A stretch of DNA of 63,101 nucleotides, counting the filler, from Welwitschia mirabilis (lineage: Eukaryota), in the NCBI GenBank assembly GCA_051453625.1. It is 7 parts of one record of this genome, joined end to end, with 100 filler letters (N's around TTAATTAATTAA, not from the genome) between each part and the next. Parts side by side here need not be neighbours in the genome. Positions count along the whole stretch, not along the records: positions 8,925 to 17,791 come from JBOZIK010000001.1; positions 17,892 to 37,800 come from JBOZIK010000001.1; 5 more parts are not named here. One strand, 5' to 3'. Both the position numbers and the translations under genes were made by a program. The notes under the pieces are model-generated. The model made no database searches and was not told the DNA's origin. It worked only from the letters and a program-made list of their open reading frames with translations. Shown in pieces: positions 12,188-25,400 of this stretch. Position 1 is the stretch's first letter. The number at the start of each line of letters is the position of its first letter.

Positions 12188-12387
12188 GCTACTATTAGCT
12201 AGAAGATAAAAGGACAATTGATGCAGATATGATGGTTGTTGGAATTGGAGCAAGACCTGAAAGCAGGTCTTTTGAAGAGGCTAGTTTGAAGACTTATGAT
12301 AGGGGCATAGAGGTTGATTGTCAATTCAGAACAAGTCCATCTGACATATTTGCTATTGGAGATGTTGCTGCATTCCCTCTCAAGATC
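12185..12387 (+). pseudogene. MDHAR: Internal fragment of monodehydroascorbate reductase (plastid/mitochondrial MDAR6-like)
   Basis: LEDKRTIDADMMVVGIGARPESRSFEEASLKTYDRGIEVDCQFRTSPSDIFAIGDVAAFPLKI. It carries the FAD-binding 'T....IFAIGDVAAFPLK' motif. Similarity stops abruptly after FPLKI. Confidence 0.85.
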
Positions 12388-12989
12388 GTATGGTATTTTA
12401 CATGCAGAGCATGTGTGTTGAAGGATCTATGGAGGGAGTAAGGTGCTTGAAACTTGGATGGTTTTAAGGAGCCTGAGGGGGAAAAGTCATCTCTTATCAT
12501 CTGCATATACTCTTAAGCGATGACAAATTCCTTTTAAATGACATTAGAGAGCACAATAATAATATCTTTAATTAGTGATTTGCAGAACACTAGTTATTAT
12601 GCTACTACTTCAAAACTTTCCTTGTCAATTCCTCTGTATTGGACTATATTATTGGGATTCCAAAAGGGGATTTCCCTATTTGAAATGGTGTGTTTTGGCT
12701 GACTAGACTTTATGTCTATGAAAGTAGATTTGCATGCTCATCAATTTACCAAACAAGAAAGGGATGAATCTGTGATGAAACGCTTTAGTTCATTACAATA
12801 AAGAGATTGGCAAAGCTGTTTCCAGCAATGTAGAAGACAACTGTACAAAAATTACCAACAGCTATGCTGGAAACACATAGGGACGAGTCTTCATTATAGA
12901 AAACAGGGCGAAGGTCAGGGCAAAGGCATAAACATCTTCCCTTTCCCTCTCAAATTAGAATGCCTACAGCTGTGAAACTGGAAACAAAT

Positions 12990-13070
12990 CAAACTGCAAT
13001 GAAGATAAGCCTCTTATCCTTTGTTTCATGCACGGTTTTGGTGCTCAGATAGGACATGAGAAAAAAACGA
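12990..13070 (+). pseudogene. Possible alpha/beta-hydrolase fragment
   Basis: Translates NCNEDKPLILCFMHGFGAQIGHEKKRI, resembling the oxyanion-hole motif 'P.L.L.HGFGAS..HW'. The match is short. Confidence 0.35.
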
Positions 13071-13256
13071 ATCTGCTAACATTATCCAAGAATGTTATCA
13101 ATCATGGATTTTGATTATTTAAGAAATGCTTAACTCCAATATTTAGTGTTGTCAAATAAGTGCATTTTTGCATGAGCAAACCATGATCATCAATGTCAAA
13201 TTAAGTTGTTTCTAAAATGTTATTGAAGGCCCTCTCAGACAAACGCTAAATGCATT

Positions 13257-13279
13257 AAAAAAAAAAAAAAAAAAAAAAA
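13257..13279 (+). repeat. Poly(A) tract, 23 nt
   Basis: Uninterrupted A run downstream of the gene-fragment mosaic. Confidence 0.95.
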
Positions 13280-16200
13280 CTGTAGTGGTCTTCCTNNNNN
13301 NNNNNNNNNNNNNNNNNNNNNNNNNNNNNNNNNNNNNNNNNNNNNNNNNNNNNNNNNNNNNNNNNNNNGCTGTTAGAAGAAAAGTTAGAGGCTAGGTTTT
13401 GCCTCATTGCATTGTGGTTGTATGAGAAGAGTAGTGACATCTAGATTCCATTCATTGAGCCATAGAAAATCTGGTTCCTGTTCGGTTACTGGTTCAAGAA
13501 TCTCCAGACATCAAGAGCGCATTATGCTTTTCTTTGAAGATTTTCAATATCCTGCTATTCCTAGAAAACGAAGGAAAGGCCATTCAGAAATTTCTTGATT
13601 ATCAGAAGTAAAAAAACTTTCTGTTAGCATCAATTTCCAGCAAAACATTAAGAACACTAAAGATGTACCACCATTAGCAGAATATTGCAGTCCCAGTCCC
13701 TGTTTTCATNNNNNNNNNNNNNNNTGAGTTCTAAATTCTCAATCTTTGTAAATTTCCATTGTCTAGAGTTCTTTAAATAAAAAATACTAAAATTCTTTAT
13801 AACTTTTTATGTATCTTCCACTAGATTCCTAGTTAAAATTAAATAAGAAAACAAATAAAAAAGAGAAAAGCTGATTACGTGGAAGAATGGTGGATAAAAG
13901 TTGGAACGTAAAATTCCTATATTACAATTCTCCATGCACAGTATCATCCCTATGTTAGTTCAACAATATGGTTATTTATAGATGTTTAGCGCTAGTTGCT
14001 TAACTTCCCATCATCAAACATAAGTAGATGCTTATAAGAAATCATATTGTTGAAGAAGGACATGCTGTATTGATTTCAGTTGATCATCTACATAAAGGGA
14101 TATAAGAAGAAATATCTATGTTAAACCTATTGTGCTAGCATCTAAACAGGAAACATACTTTCTCGAGAGTGATTTACATGGAATACTTTCTTCAGACTCT
14201 TAGCATTTCTTACTACTCAACAATAGGCACTAGTGTTATTATGTTAAATGCCCTTAAAGAAACCATTATGAAAGAGAACAAAAAGTAGTATAGAAACAAA
14301 AAATAGAACCAAGAATTTTGGAGAAAAGACAATTTACATAAGAAAGCATTCTAATTGAAAGGAAACCATTCAAGGAAAAGATTTCTATGGTTCTATTACT
14401 ATACAGTGTAAACATCATGCACTCCATGGTTGGATTTCTAAAATAGAAGTCATGGGAATAGGAAGATATAGCTAATCTTTTGCTTAGTAAGTAGATCTAA
14501 ATTGCATCTAACCTTGACAAAATTTTAAAAGTGCAAAGCTTTATTCACTGTGTATTTCTAGCCAAGGAAACACAAATAAATGATACCATTCATATTAAGA
14601 TACAAGTTGTCAAACTCAGACTATTGGGATTTAGCTGAGAATTATTATGTAGAGATGGATCAGCATCACCTTTGATTGCATTGACAACCATGAGAAGGTG
14701 CTTATCTAAGAGCCACTTGTAAAATGTGGATACATCTATGTTAAGGGGTTTAAGGTTACCTGGTATTACGGTTCCCTTTGAGAGAGTTATTCTTTAGATT
14801 AATATGATATCCACTAAATGCCTATTTAGAAGAATTATACCCATAAGATGTTGAGTATTGGCAAATCTATGTGTAGATTATTTTAGTCTAATTGTAGGGG
14901 CTCTATTCTGAAATATTACTGCTACTCAAAAGGCCTTTCACATTTTCTATTATGGTTGATTTGAAAGCATTAAGTGCCACACTAATCATTGCTTGCTTCG
15001 AAAATTATGCTTAACTAAAACCTAGAACACACAAAGTTGTTCTAATGTAAAAGGCCATTAAAAGAATCAAGCTAAAAAAGTAAGAAGAATAGCCTTGGAA
15101 TTCATAATCGAAGAGCAACAGATGTAGAGAAGCATTTTTTTTTTTTTGGGCAAAATAAATGGGGTTGTCATAGTGGTGCCATCAAATCATTTAACAAAAA
15201 CATTCATTCTTGTTCCTCATTAAGATGAAATAGAACAATACCATTGCTTGGCAATAGTTAGAAATAAAGCAATAAGGAATTTTGTAAAGGGAGTTCATTA
15301 TCCATTTGAAACTGAGGAGAAAGAGTATAAGTCATTACTATCTATGAGACTCTATTTTATACAATCTCTTAGATGGGCCCTATACCTGTAATTGAAATTC
15401 TAAAGATGCAGTTTAGTTTTGTTGATTTACCAAATACTAAAATTGCATTTTTCTAAATCTCCAAATTTGCATACATATTTATAAGAGCACTAAAAGGATT
15501 GGATTAAAGCCCACTTTTAAGTGCTACTACATGTAACCTTCTCCCCAGTTTGATGGAATTAAAATATATTTTTTTTTGAGTAGGCTTGAAAGAGTCAAAT
15601 TTATAGAAAAAAGCTAGATATTTCACAAATATGATCCAGTCGATGAATGATAAGACAAGAAGAATGAAATAAACTTCATGACAGAGATCTCCATGACATT
15701 CTCCCACACTTCCTATGCTCATCTGATTCTTCATAAATGTAACAATTATGCCTTATAATCCAAGATTACATCATGGATTCGATCTCCTCAAGCATCATCT
15801 TCCCTTGTTTGGCTTCTTTCATTAACAAGAACGTTAGGATTTAGAAAACAATAATCCTAAGTGATCTTCAACGATTTCAACTAGGCATCAAAGTAGGGTT
15901 TCAAATGAATAGAAAGCAGTGACAAAAAATTCCTACTTGACAAGCATAGCTGCTCCACCATATTTTAGATAAGGAAATGGAAACACCAAGATACTCTATT
16001 AATTACAGTCAAATCCGACCTCTGCAATTTAATACTTAGTTTTAGAAACGATTAATCACATAGCTCCCTACACAAGCCGTGCTAAAACTCTCCAATGCTT
16101 GCAAGGTTAGGGTTTCATTTATGATAATCTAAGCCCTATGAAAGAGAGAGGGAGCCAAGATTTTTAGGTAATCTATACAAATCAAATTACAAANNNNNNN

Positions 16201-17791
16201 NNNNNNNNNNNNNNNNNNNNNNNNNNNNNNNNNNNNNNNNNNNNNNNNNNNNNNNNNNNNNNNNNNNNNNNNNNNNNNNNNNNNNNNNNNNNNNNNNNNN
16301 NNNNNNNNNNNNNNNNNNNNNNNNNNNNNNNNNNNNNNNNNNNNNNNNNNNNNNNNNNNNNNNNNNNNNNNNNNNNNNNNNNNNNNNNNNNNNNNNNNNN
16401 NNNNNNNNNNNNNNNNNNNNNNNNNNNNNNNNNNNNNNNNNNNNNNNNNNNNNNNNNNNNNNNNNNNNNNNNNNNNNNNNNNNNNNNNNNNNNNNNNNNN
16501 NNNNNNNNNNNNNNNNNNNNNNNNNNNNNNNNNNNNNNNNNNNNNNNNNNNNNNNNNNNNNNNNNNNNNNNNNNNNNNNNNNNNNNNNNNNNNNNNNNNN
16601 NNNNNNNNNNNNNNNNNNNNNNNNNNNNNNNNNNNNNNNNNNNNNNNNNNNNNNNNNNNNNNNNNNNNNNNNNNNNNNNNNNNNNNNNNNNNNNNNNNNN
16701 NNNNNNNNNNNNNNNNNNNNNNNNNNNNNNNNNNNNNNNNNNNNNNNNNNNNNNNNNNNNNNNNNNNNNNNNNNNNNNNNNNNNNNNNNNNNNNNNNNNN
16801 NNNNNNNNNNNNNNNNNNNNNNNNNNNNNNNNNNNNNNNNNNNNNNNNNNNNNNNNNNNNNNNNNNNNNNNNNNNNNNNNNNNNNNNNNNNNNNNNNNNN
16901 NNNNNNNNNNNNNNNNNNNNNNNNNNNNNNAGGTTAGGGTTTCATTTATGATAATCTAAGCCTTATGAAAGAGAGAGGGAGCCAAGATTTTTAGTTAATC
17001 TATACAAATCAAATTACAAATATTTAATAACAATCGAGAAATACTCCCAAAAAACCTACATGGTCTGCTTGCAAAAATATAGGGCAAAGGAGAGATACAA
17101 TGACTGTTGTGTAGGCATTAATTCCATGAGGGATGCATGGACTACTGGTTCTGTCATCAACTTATATGCTTGCTTTGCTGAGTGTTCATGTTGTGGGAGA
17201 GGCAACTGGAATATATGGTATTCTCTCTTAAGATGATCCTTTTGTTTATATGATGATACATTTGTATCCATGATAGTGCTTGAGAAACATACTAAAAAGG
17301 ATAGCCTGAATGTTTATCTAAGGTTATTAAATAAGTGAAAACACTTTCTTAAATTGATTTGGTATTGACTTCTTTCTATCCTCTAGCATATGATTCTAAT
17401 TCTCTCTGTAGACCTTTGCTTAAAGTAGATTGGTTGCAAGGGATCTTGGATGAATCATAGAGTATAAGACAGAGGACAGTGACATACTTATTAGAGTTTA
17501 TACTAATTCTCCTTAACTATATGGTATCTAGTGTAATCTTGGAATTTGGTACTAAGGTAAACAAAAATGCTACTTGAGTATTGAAAGTTTTGTATTCTTA
17601 ACTATGTGTTTCATTTTTGCTAAATTAATTATAGATCTTAAATCAATGTTTCCATAATTAATGAATGGGATAAAAGCATTAAATGTTATCAATTTTTTGT
17701 GGGACATCTTATTTTACTTATAGTAATTTGATTGTAACCTATAAAACTTCACTTGTAATGATTTCTCAATTTATCTTTGAAATCAAATCCT

Positions 17792-17891
17792 NNNNNNNNN
17801 NNNNNNNNNNNNNNNNNNNNNNNNNNNNNNNNNNNTTAATTAATTAANNNNNNNNNNNNNNNNNNNNNNNNNNNNNNNNNNNNNNNNNNNN
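17792..17891. other. Artificial scaffold-join spacer
   Basis: 44N-TTAATTAATTAA-44N. Confidence 0.97.
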
Positions 17892-19416
17892 TGCCATGAA
17901 ATATTAAGAATCCAAGATATTAAGGAAACATAAGAGAGATGTATTATTAAATGAAAATCCTTAAGAAGAAATAAAATTCATGAAGACTTCCATGAGAAGG
18001 TAGTAAAAACTAGGATTTGAAACCAAGGATGCATTTGTTTGAGTACCAATAATATGCACATCTAATGTCTTTTCAATATTTGAAAGAAAATGTGTAAAAC
18101 ATAAATGCATAAAAAAATGCATGTAAGAAAAAGACCAAATAAGTCTACAAGATTAAATGGGAATCATATTGAAATTAAAATAAAGATTCGAGAATTCCCA
18201 AAGATTTCCAAGGCTCAAAGGTTCGAATGCTTATCCAAGCTCCAAGGTTCAGTAGCAAAGGATTCTCCAAAAATGAAAGTGATGGAAAAAGGAGGAGGAG
18301 AATCATATTTATAACTAAGGTTTAGTGGAATGTGAAGGATAATAAGAATATAAAGACAAAACATCCTAAAGGAGGATGGTTAAGGTGGTGGAAGTTACAT
18401 AATGTCTCATCATTACTTGCCTAACCATTGGGTGCTTAATATATCAAATAATATTATTTTTCATTAAAATAAACAATTAAAAGAACCATCACATAGTAAT
18501 ATTTATTTTTCTTCCAAAATAAAAGATGATGTAATAATTTCATAACTAAAAATAATATTAGTACAATTCATTAATTTATCCACTATCAAATCACTAACTT
18601 TGCCATTCAAGATCATAATTACTAAGGATTACAATAACAAAATAATTTTATAGCTAATACACCATGAATAACTTTTAAGCACAAAATTTTCTAGAATATA
18701 AATACAATAAGTACATTAGCTTGTAGAATCTATAATAATAAAATTATTTTAATTTTGTTTTTAAGAAAATCTTTTGATCTTAAAATTCTAGACATAACAA
18801 TGCTTTAAGTCTTAATCAACTTCAATTTTTAACGCTATCAATTTATATTAAAAAGAACTTTTGATAATCATCCTAGTCTATCTCGAGGATTACTTTACTA
18901 GGAGAATAGTTACTTATTAGCGTATGTCCTGTCTGATGAATTCTACTACTTATAGTAAAAAAAAGGTAGTTGTTCAGAAATGCGAACTTTGTAATGGGGA
19001 GGAATCTAAGGTAAACGAAGTTACACTTGAAGTGTGTTATGATTAGCAAATTATCAAGTATTATTAATTTGCAGTCATCTTTTAAGTTAATGCTTGAGAT
19101 TATAGCTATGATATGTGAAATTCAATTAGTAACTTATCATTTTCATCCATGTTATTCAAATAGAACCATGATATTTTACTGAGTGGAAATCATATCTCTT
19201 TAATTGGAAATGAGAGGCTATTGGTAAATAATCAATTTTAAGTAGAATATATTCTAATGCAATGTGTTTATTTCTATTTATTAAGAGAGACAATTTCAGA
19301 TTTACCAATCATACTCTTTTTATTTAGCATAGGACTAAAGGATTAGAGAAATAAATTTGATTTTTTTAAAAACATTTTCATCTCTTTATTTCATAAAGAG
19401 TATTAACTTTTTAAAG

Positions 19417-22400
19417 TGGTGTTGTGTGAATTTGTGTAATCTTTAAGTCCTTAGGTAAAACTTGTAAATTCCTATGCTTGTTGAAAAACATGCACTAGTA
19501 TAAATGGGAGTTAACCTAAATGTCATAATCAATTAAAGGCACTAGGCTAAAAGTTAGATAATTGATTTCATAAAGTATTTTTAGTCTTTTAAAACAATGC
19601 AAATGCAATGCAAGATAAATGAAGATGAAATGTAAATGTAATGAATAATGAATATATTTAACTAAAAATCTCCTTGTCACCAAGGTTGGTCCTTAAAACT
19701 TAGATTAATTAAGAAAACTGTTACTTAACCCTAACCAATATAAGCTATAAGATACATCAAATAGAATATGCATTTATGAAAATACAATATGAAATGAATG
19801 TAAATCTAAACTAATAGTATCAATCTTAATAAAGATTTCCCTTATGATCTAGATAAATCAACTCAAATCATGGTGGAGGTTCACATAATAGAAGTGAGAA
19901 GAGTTATTATATTAATCATGAATTAATATCCACTTACAAATAAAGTAGCATCATCTCAATGGAGGATACACAGCGAAACACCAAGAAAGACTTCTCTCCA
20001 TAGCATGGGATGAACCTCCTATCCTTTATTCTCCCATTACAAGAATATATGGTATAAAAGATGAATTGGAAATAAGAACAATGTTGGTATTTATAGTTTT
20101 ACATTAGGGTTTCTAAAACTAAAATTTTAGAAGTTAGAGAAGAAACCCTAGAACTCTAGATGAGGTGCATAACCCCATTACAAGATAATTTAATTTTGTT
20201 TATACAAAATAGTTGTCATTCTTATTATCATTGGGATGACATTAGGGATAATGCCTCATAGTAATAGATGATTCATTAGCTTTTGGCTCTACAATTAGCC
20301 TTGTAGTTTTCTCCAAATGTGTTTTCATCCTACCGATCATTGGAATGGCACTAGGAATAACACCTCCTTAGGAAAAGAGACTTATTGGCTCTTAGCTCTA
20401 GTACACATCAGTGTCATAATTAGCTATTAAATTGCTACCATCCTAACTATAATGGGGATAATAGTGGGGAGAACACCCTTTAAAATCTCTCTAGATTAAA
20501 CATAATTGACCTTTACATTATTAACCTTTTCTTTAAAGTGCTAAGTATTATAATATACCTGAAATGCCTCTAAATATACTAAGAGTTACATGTCTTCATT
20601 ACCATCCTATTAACTCTTCATAATTATTAGAATTACATATTAACCTATATAAGTCTTGCAAAAGTACTCAAAATACTCTATCAAAATCCCACAAATTGGC
20701 ATCACATCATAGCCCTTCACTTAGCCTTGTTAGTTGTTGACAAAGTAAGTGATCAACTACAAATTACAAGCGAATATGACCAATATAAATAGTAACTAGG
20801 GAAATGTAAATTTAGTTAAAAAATAATTACCATGTAGGATTAAATATCAAAAACTAATTAATCGACATCATACCTCTAGAGGATGCATAATAAATATGTC
20901 ATTCAGTCTGTTGTCTAGAGAACAATAAGGATAATAGACTTATAAAATCAAAATAAAAATCAGATGCCTATGAACGTGATCATTAGAAAGATCCAAGTAC
21001 TAAAATCTTTGTTAGTCCTTCACTTGAAATGTTTAACATATTACAAGATAAAATTAAATGTTGAACACAATAATCATCATCAGATATAATCATGATAAAT
21101 AAAAAATGGATGATGTATATGAATTATCAGAAATAGTGATAACTCAGAATGATGAGTGTAAATCAAGTACTGATAACTTAAAATAATATATATAAATCAA
21201 TTAGTGAGTTTCAAATACGATCTATAAGGGTAAATACAAAAATAATCAGAGTATTACTTTTTTTATTCATGGTTTCTTAAGTATTCTGGATTACACATGT
21301 AAGAAAGTCTTGTAATTGTGATGTTGTGGCCTACTAAATAATGTTCATAATGCATATCATAGAAGTAATATGAAATAATACATTAGCTATAGTATCACAT
21401 GTATATATCATTAAAGCTAAAAATAACCCTCATAAATAAATTTTTTTCTCAAATATCTCAAAGATTTGTTAGAAATATATCCTGCCTCTCCCATAAGAAA
21501 ATTAATACATTTGATATTATAATAAGCTAAGAGGAGATGTGTTTTTCACTTGGTCATCTAGATGTTAGACATGACAAGATACTTAGAAAAAGATGGATTT
21601 GGAAAAATAGTGAAGTTTAGATAGTATTAGATAATTAATGATAGTAATAGTAAAGCCTTAGAAATAATTTATAAAGTCTAAAAGATGGGTAAAAGCTAAG
21701 AATCACCATTAGACTAATTATGGTAAAGGAGTCGAGAGTGAAAGAACTCAAGGGAACAAAAAAAAGATATCAAACAAGGCAATGATAATGTACTAAAGAG
21801 AGAAAATTAGTGCACAAAAAAAAAAAAAAAATCCTCAAATGTACTCAAACTTAATAATCCTATAAAATGTGTAAGTGGACATGTGCAAATTTAAAAGTAA
21901 AGAAAATGAGAAACAAAAGAATCATCATTATATTAAAGGAACATCATCAATGAAAGTGAAAGAAATGCATCAATCAAAATTATAAAAATAAAGGTAATTC
22001 TTATGAATAAAAAGAAATGAGTAAAAAAATACAAAAATAATTAGATAACTACTAGATAATTAAGTCCTAAATTTTGCATTGAAAAGGATATGAAATGACT
22101 TTGAAAATTTCAAACAAAATAACTAAGAAAAAATAATAAAAATGGACAAATAGAAACATGAAGAAGATTATTTACCTACCTAAAATTTAAACCTAGCAAA
22201 GTCCCTTAGCAGAAATCATAAAATCATTTGATAATTATGTATTACATAATGTAAGAAAACTCCTAAAGTACCACATAAATAGGCAATGATTATGATGAAA
22301 CCAAGTATATCTAATGTTTTCAATCAAGGTATGATAGGATTAAAAGCTACTTAGAAATGAACTCACTTGCTTATACCCTAAAACAACACTAGAATATAAC

Positions 22401-25400
22401 AACATTGATCATGTAGAATTACTATATGTAAAATGAGTGTAGAAAATATGCAATGCCTCTAATAATACCAAGGACATCACTAATTCCATAGCCTCTAAAT
22501 AATAACTATTTCTATGATAAGATAAGTGCAACCATTGTTAAAGAAGTAAAAACCCATATAACATGGCCAACTAACCCCCCAGTGGGGTTTCTATATCTAC
22601 CATATCATACTACCAAAGGTCCCTCTTAGGAAAATTTTTCCCTAGGATGCTTATAATAGGACATCATAAAAACCATGATTTCAGCTCAAACATAAAAGAC
22701 CATGATCATTATTTATTTCTTTTCTTTTCTTTTCTTTTCTTTTCTTTTAAAGTGAAAAGAATAAATTCCACATAAACAAGTACTTGTGAGGAATATGGTA
22801 AATAATAAGATGAGAAAAAATGAACAACACACCCAAATAACTAAAGACTCATACCATTAAGAGAGAATAAAATAACCAAGAAATCTTACTTTGAAATTAA
22901 GTTCATAGATATAAGAATGTCATAATGTTATGTGAATCTAATATTATCACTATGAATTACATAAGAAAAAGATTTATAATGATGGAAACTTTATAAAGTA
23001 AAACATTAGTTAAGTTAAATATTTTTAAGTAATAGAATGACATTTACCAAAAGAATCGGCTAAGGAAGAATTTAGATAATGATAGAAGGAAATTTCAATA
23101 CAAGTTCTTTTATCATGTTCAAGATTTAATGGATTTGTGTCTCAATGATTTTTAACCTTCTATTCATTAACTTATAAATTTATTAAGTTTTAAGTTAGAG
23201 ATTTCAACTAAGCCATTTAAGATGTATATTTTCTAAAAAATAAGAATATAATCATTAAGAGATCTAACTAGTTGTATAAAAGGTGTACTCTGATATTTTA
23301 CTTTTTAAAGAAATAAGGGATAAACCACATATAAATTAATTAATAAAAAACAAAAGGTATAAAATTATTTTGGAGTAAAATTAATTAGAGGATGAGAGAA
23401 TAAAATGATAAAAATTCTAGAGCACAAATTTCAAAATTCAAATAAGATATAAAGAAGTAATAAATTTCATTGACAAATAATCTCTTATTTAAACACCATA
23501 AATCATGAGTATCATAATATAATTCATTCAAGATACTACTGAAAGAATGGTTCCAAGAAGTTTTTAAGGGATTTTTAGAATGTTGAATGAGATTAAGAAG
23601 CTCTTTAAGATGTATTTATAAGCATGAATTATAATCAAGAAGATAAGTTTTACCCCAATTTAAAATTCCAAGATATTTTAAGTCATACTTTTGAAAAGGA
23701 TAATCATTAGAAGCACATGATAAAGTGGACTTGATAAAAACAAAAAGAATGTTACTTTAAGTATCACAAGGATTTTTAAAAGGAAGAGATTAAGAGATAG
23801 GAGGAAAAGATTCTTCAAAGTTATGGGTTTCATAAAAGTCAAAGAAAGAAATGTGGATTTAAAAATTACATTAATGTTCAAATGGAAGAAATGGATAAAG
23901 GTTATCATTATCAAGATCATAAGGTAATGTAGAAGTAGAAGTAGAAGGAGGAATGTAATTTGTAGTTATATATAAAAGTGTACGTAAAAAAGATGGAGAA
24001 ACAAGTCTATCCTCTATTAAGTTAGGATGAATCTCTATGGGTCCTTTATTATGGTTTTTTCCATTATTGTACTCATCATTATTTTTTAAATTATTTCTTT
24101 ACTTTTCTTGCAATTGTTTTTTATTATATATTCCTTCTTTTCTTAAATATTTCTTTCATCCTTTAAATTATTATATTCATCAAATAGGTTATCAAGAGAA
24201 TTGTGAGCATTATCTTTATTATTAATTGAATAATTTTCAAATTCTTTATGCATGAATTCCTCATTTAGATTATCTAGTAGTAAATGGATGGTAAGAATAT
24301 AATCTAATACCTTAATATCATCTTCTAATGAATGGTTGTCCTCATCATTATTGTTAAAAGATTGAATTAAGTTATTGTTTCCTCTTTGCTCATCTCCTAA
24401 TGAATAGGATGTTGAGGTTTGATTCAAAAGTTCATTCTATATTTAAAAGCAATAATTATTTTTATTTATTTCTAAGTTTTCCTCATTTTTCTCAAGGTAG
24501 AATATATAGGAAAACGTTTAATATTGTTATATTACAAAGGAATATTGATTTTGTCATAGTATTTATTGAAAAATATCAATTAAATTTTCTAAAGTTTTAT
24601 TAGTATTTTCTTATCTCTCTTTCATTTCTTAAATTATTTCTTCCATTGGATCCTTTTCTTCCTTATAGTAGTTGATAGGAAGGGGATTGTCTTCATATTA
24701 ATTTATGGTAGATAGATGGAAGTGATAAAAATAATTGTAGGGTGTTTCTCTAAATGAAATTGCATCCCTAAAATGTGGAAAATCTTCATTGTCATTTCTA
24801 TATGAAGTTTAAAAAGAAGAAGGGGAGAAATAAGAAGGTTGAAAAGATGAACAGGACTAATTCCTACTCTCAACATCACTTTGTATTGTCCTCAATCTTT
24901 CTGTGAATATTTTTTAAAGTTTTTTTATTACCATTCTCCTTAGAATTTCTCAAGTTTCTTCTCCTTTTAGAAAGAATTTTCCCTAGTGTTCGTTCATTAC
25001 TATTCATTAAAGCAATTGAGAAGGATGAAATAAGATAATCTAAAGTAAGAAGGTAAGGAAGCTAAGTACACATTAAAGATTAAGTTCTTCTCTATTTAAT
25101 GTACCTTTTTATCAAAACTATTTGCATCCTTAACACTCAAAAGATACACAATGGTAATCATTTTAACCATTATGGGAATGACTAACAAAATGATTAGAAA
25201 AAAAAAGGAAACAAATTACAGAAATAATAAGAATGAATTAAAAAAGTAAACTATATTCTATGTATCATGAGAATGATGGTGGAGAGAACAAAGCTAGAAA
25301 AATAAAACCTAAAAAGGACTTGCAAAAATTAAATTTGAAAATAGGAATTGTAGAATATCATCCTTCATGTCATCAGGATAACATAGGAGATCATATAACT

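Noticed and set aside
11991-12441. ORFs 11527-11754, 11991-12209 and 12229-12441 as exons of a functional gene
   Set aside because: They resemble different proteins, contain stops within conserved motifs (KSV*RKG) and frameshifts, and lack intervening introns.
13930-16100. Faint LINE RNase H-like (LLMVVNAIKG, minus ~14660-14700) and copia gag-like (SMM*SWII, minus ~15760-15790) motifs
   Set aside because: Too short and degenerate to support a call without a search.
16104-17020. ~90-bp direct repeat flanking a 737-N gap, resembling short LTRs
   Set aside because: The copies abut the gap edges and are nearly identical, with no PBS or PPT. This is most likely an unmerged overlap.
17080-17330. 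Coding-like stretch (VHVVGEATGIYGILS)
   Set aside because: No recognisable family, and stops occur in all frames.
17892-19416. Possible LTR or retroelement 3' region remnants
   Set aside because: No clear termini, PBS or domain. Probably TE-derived but unassignable.
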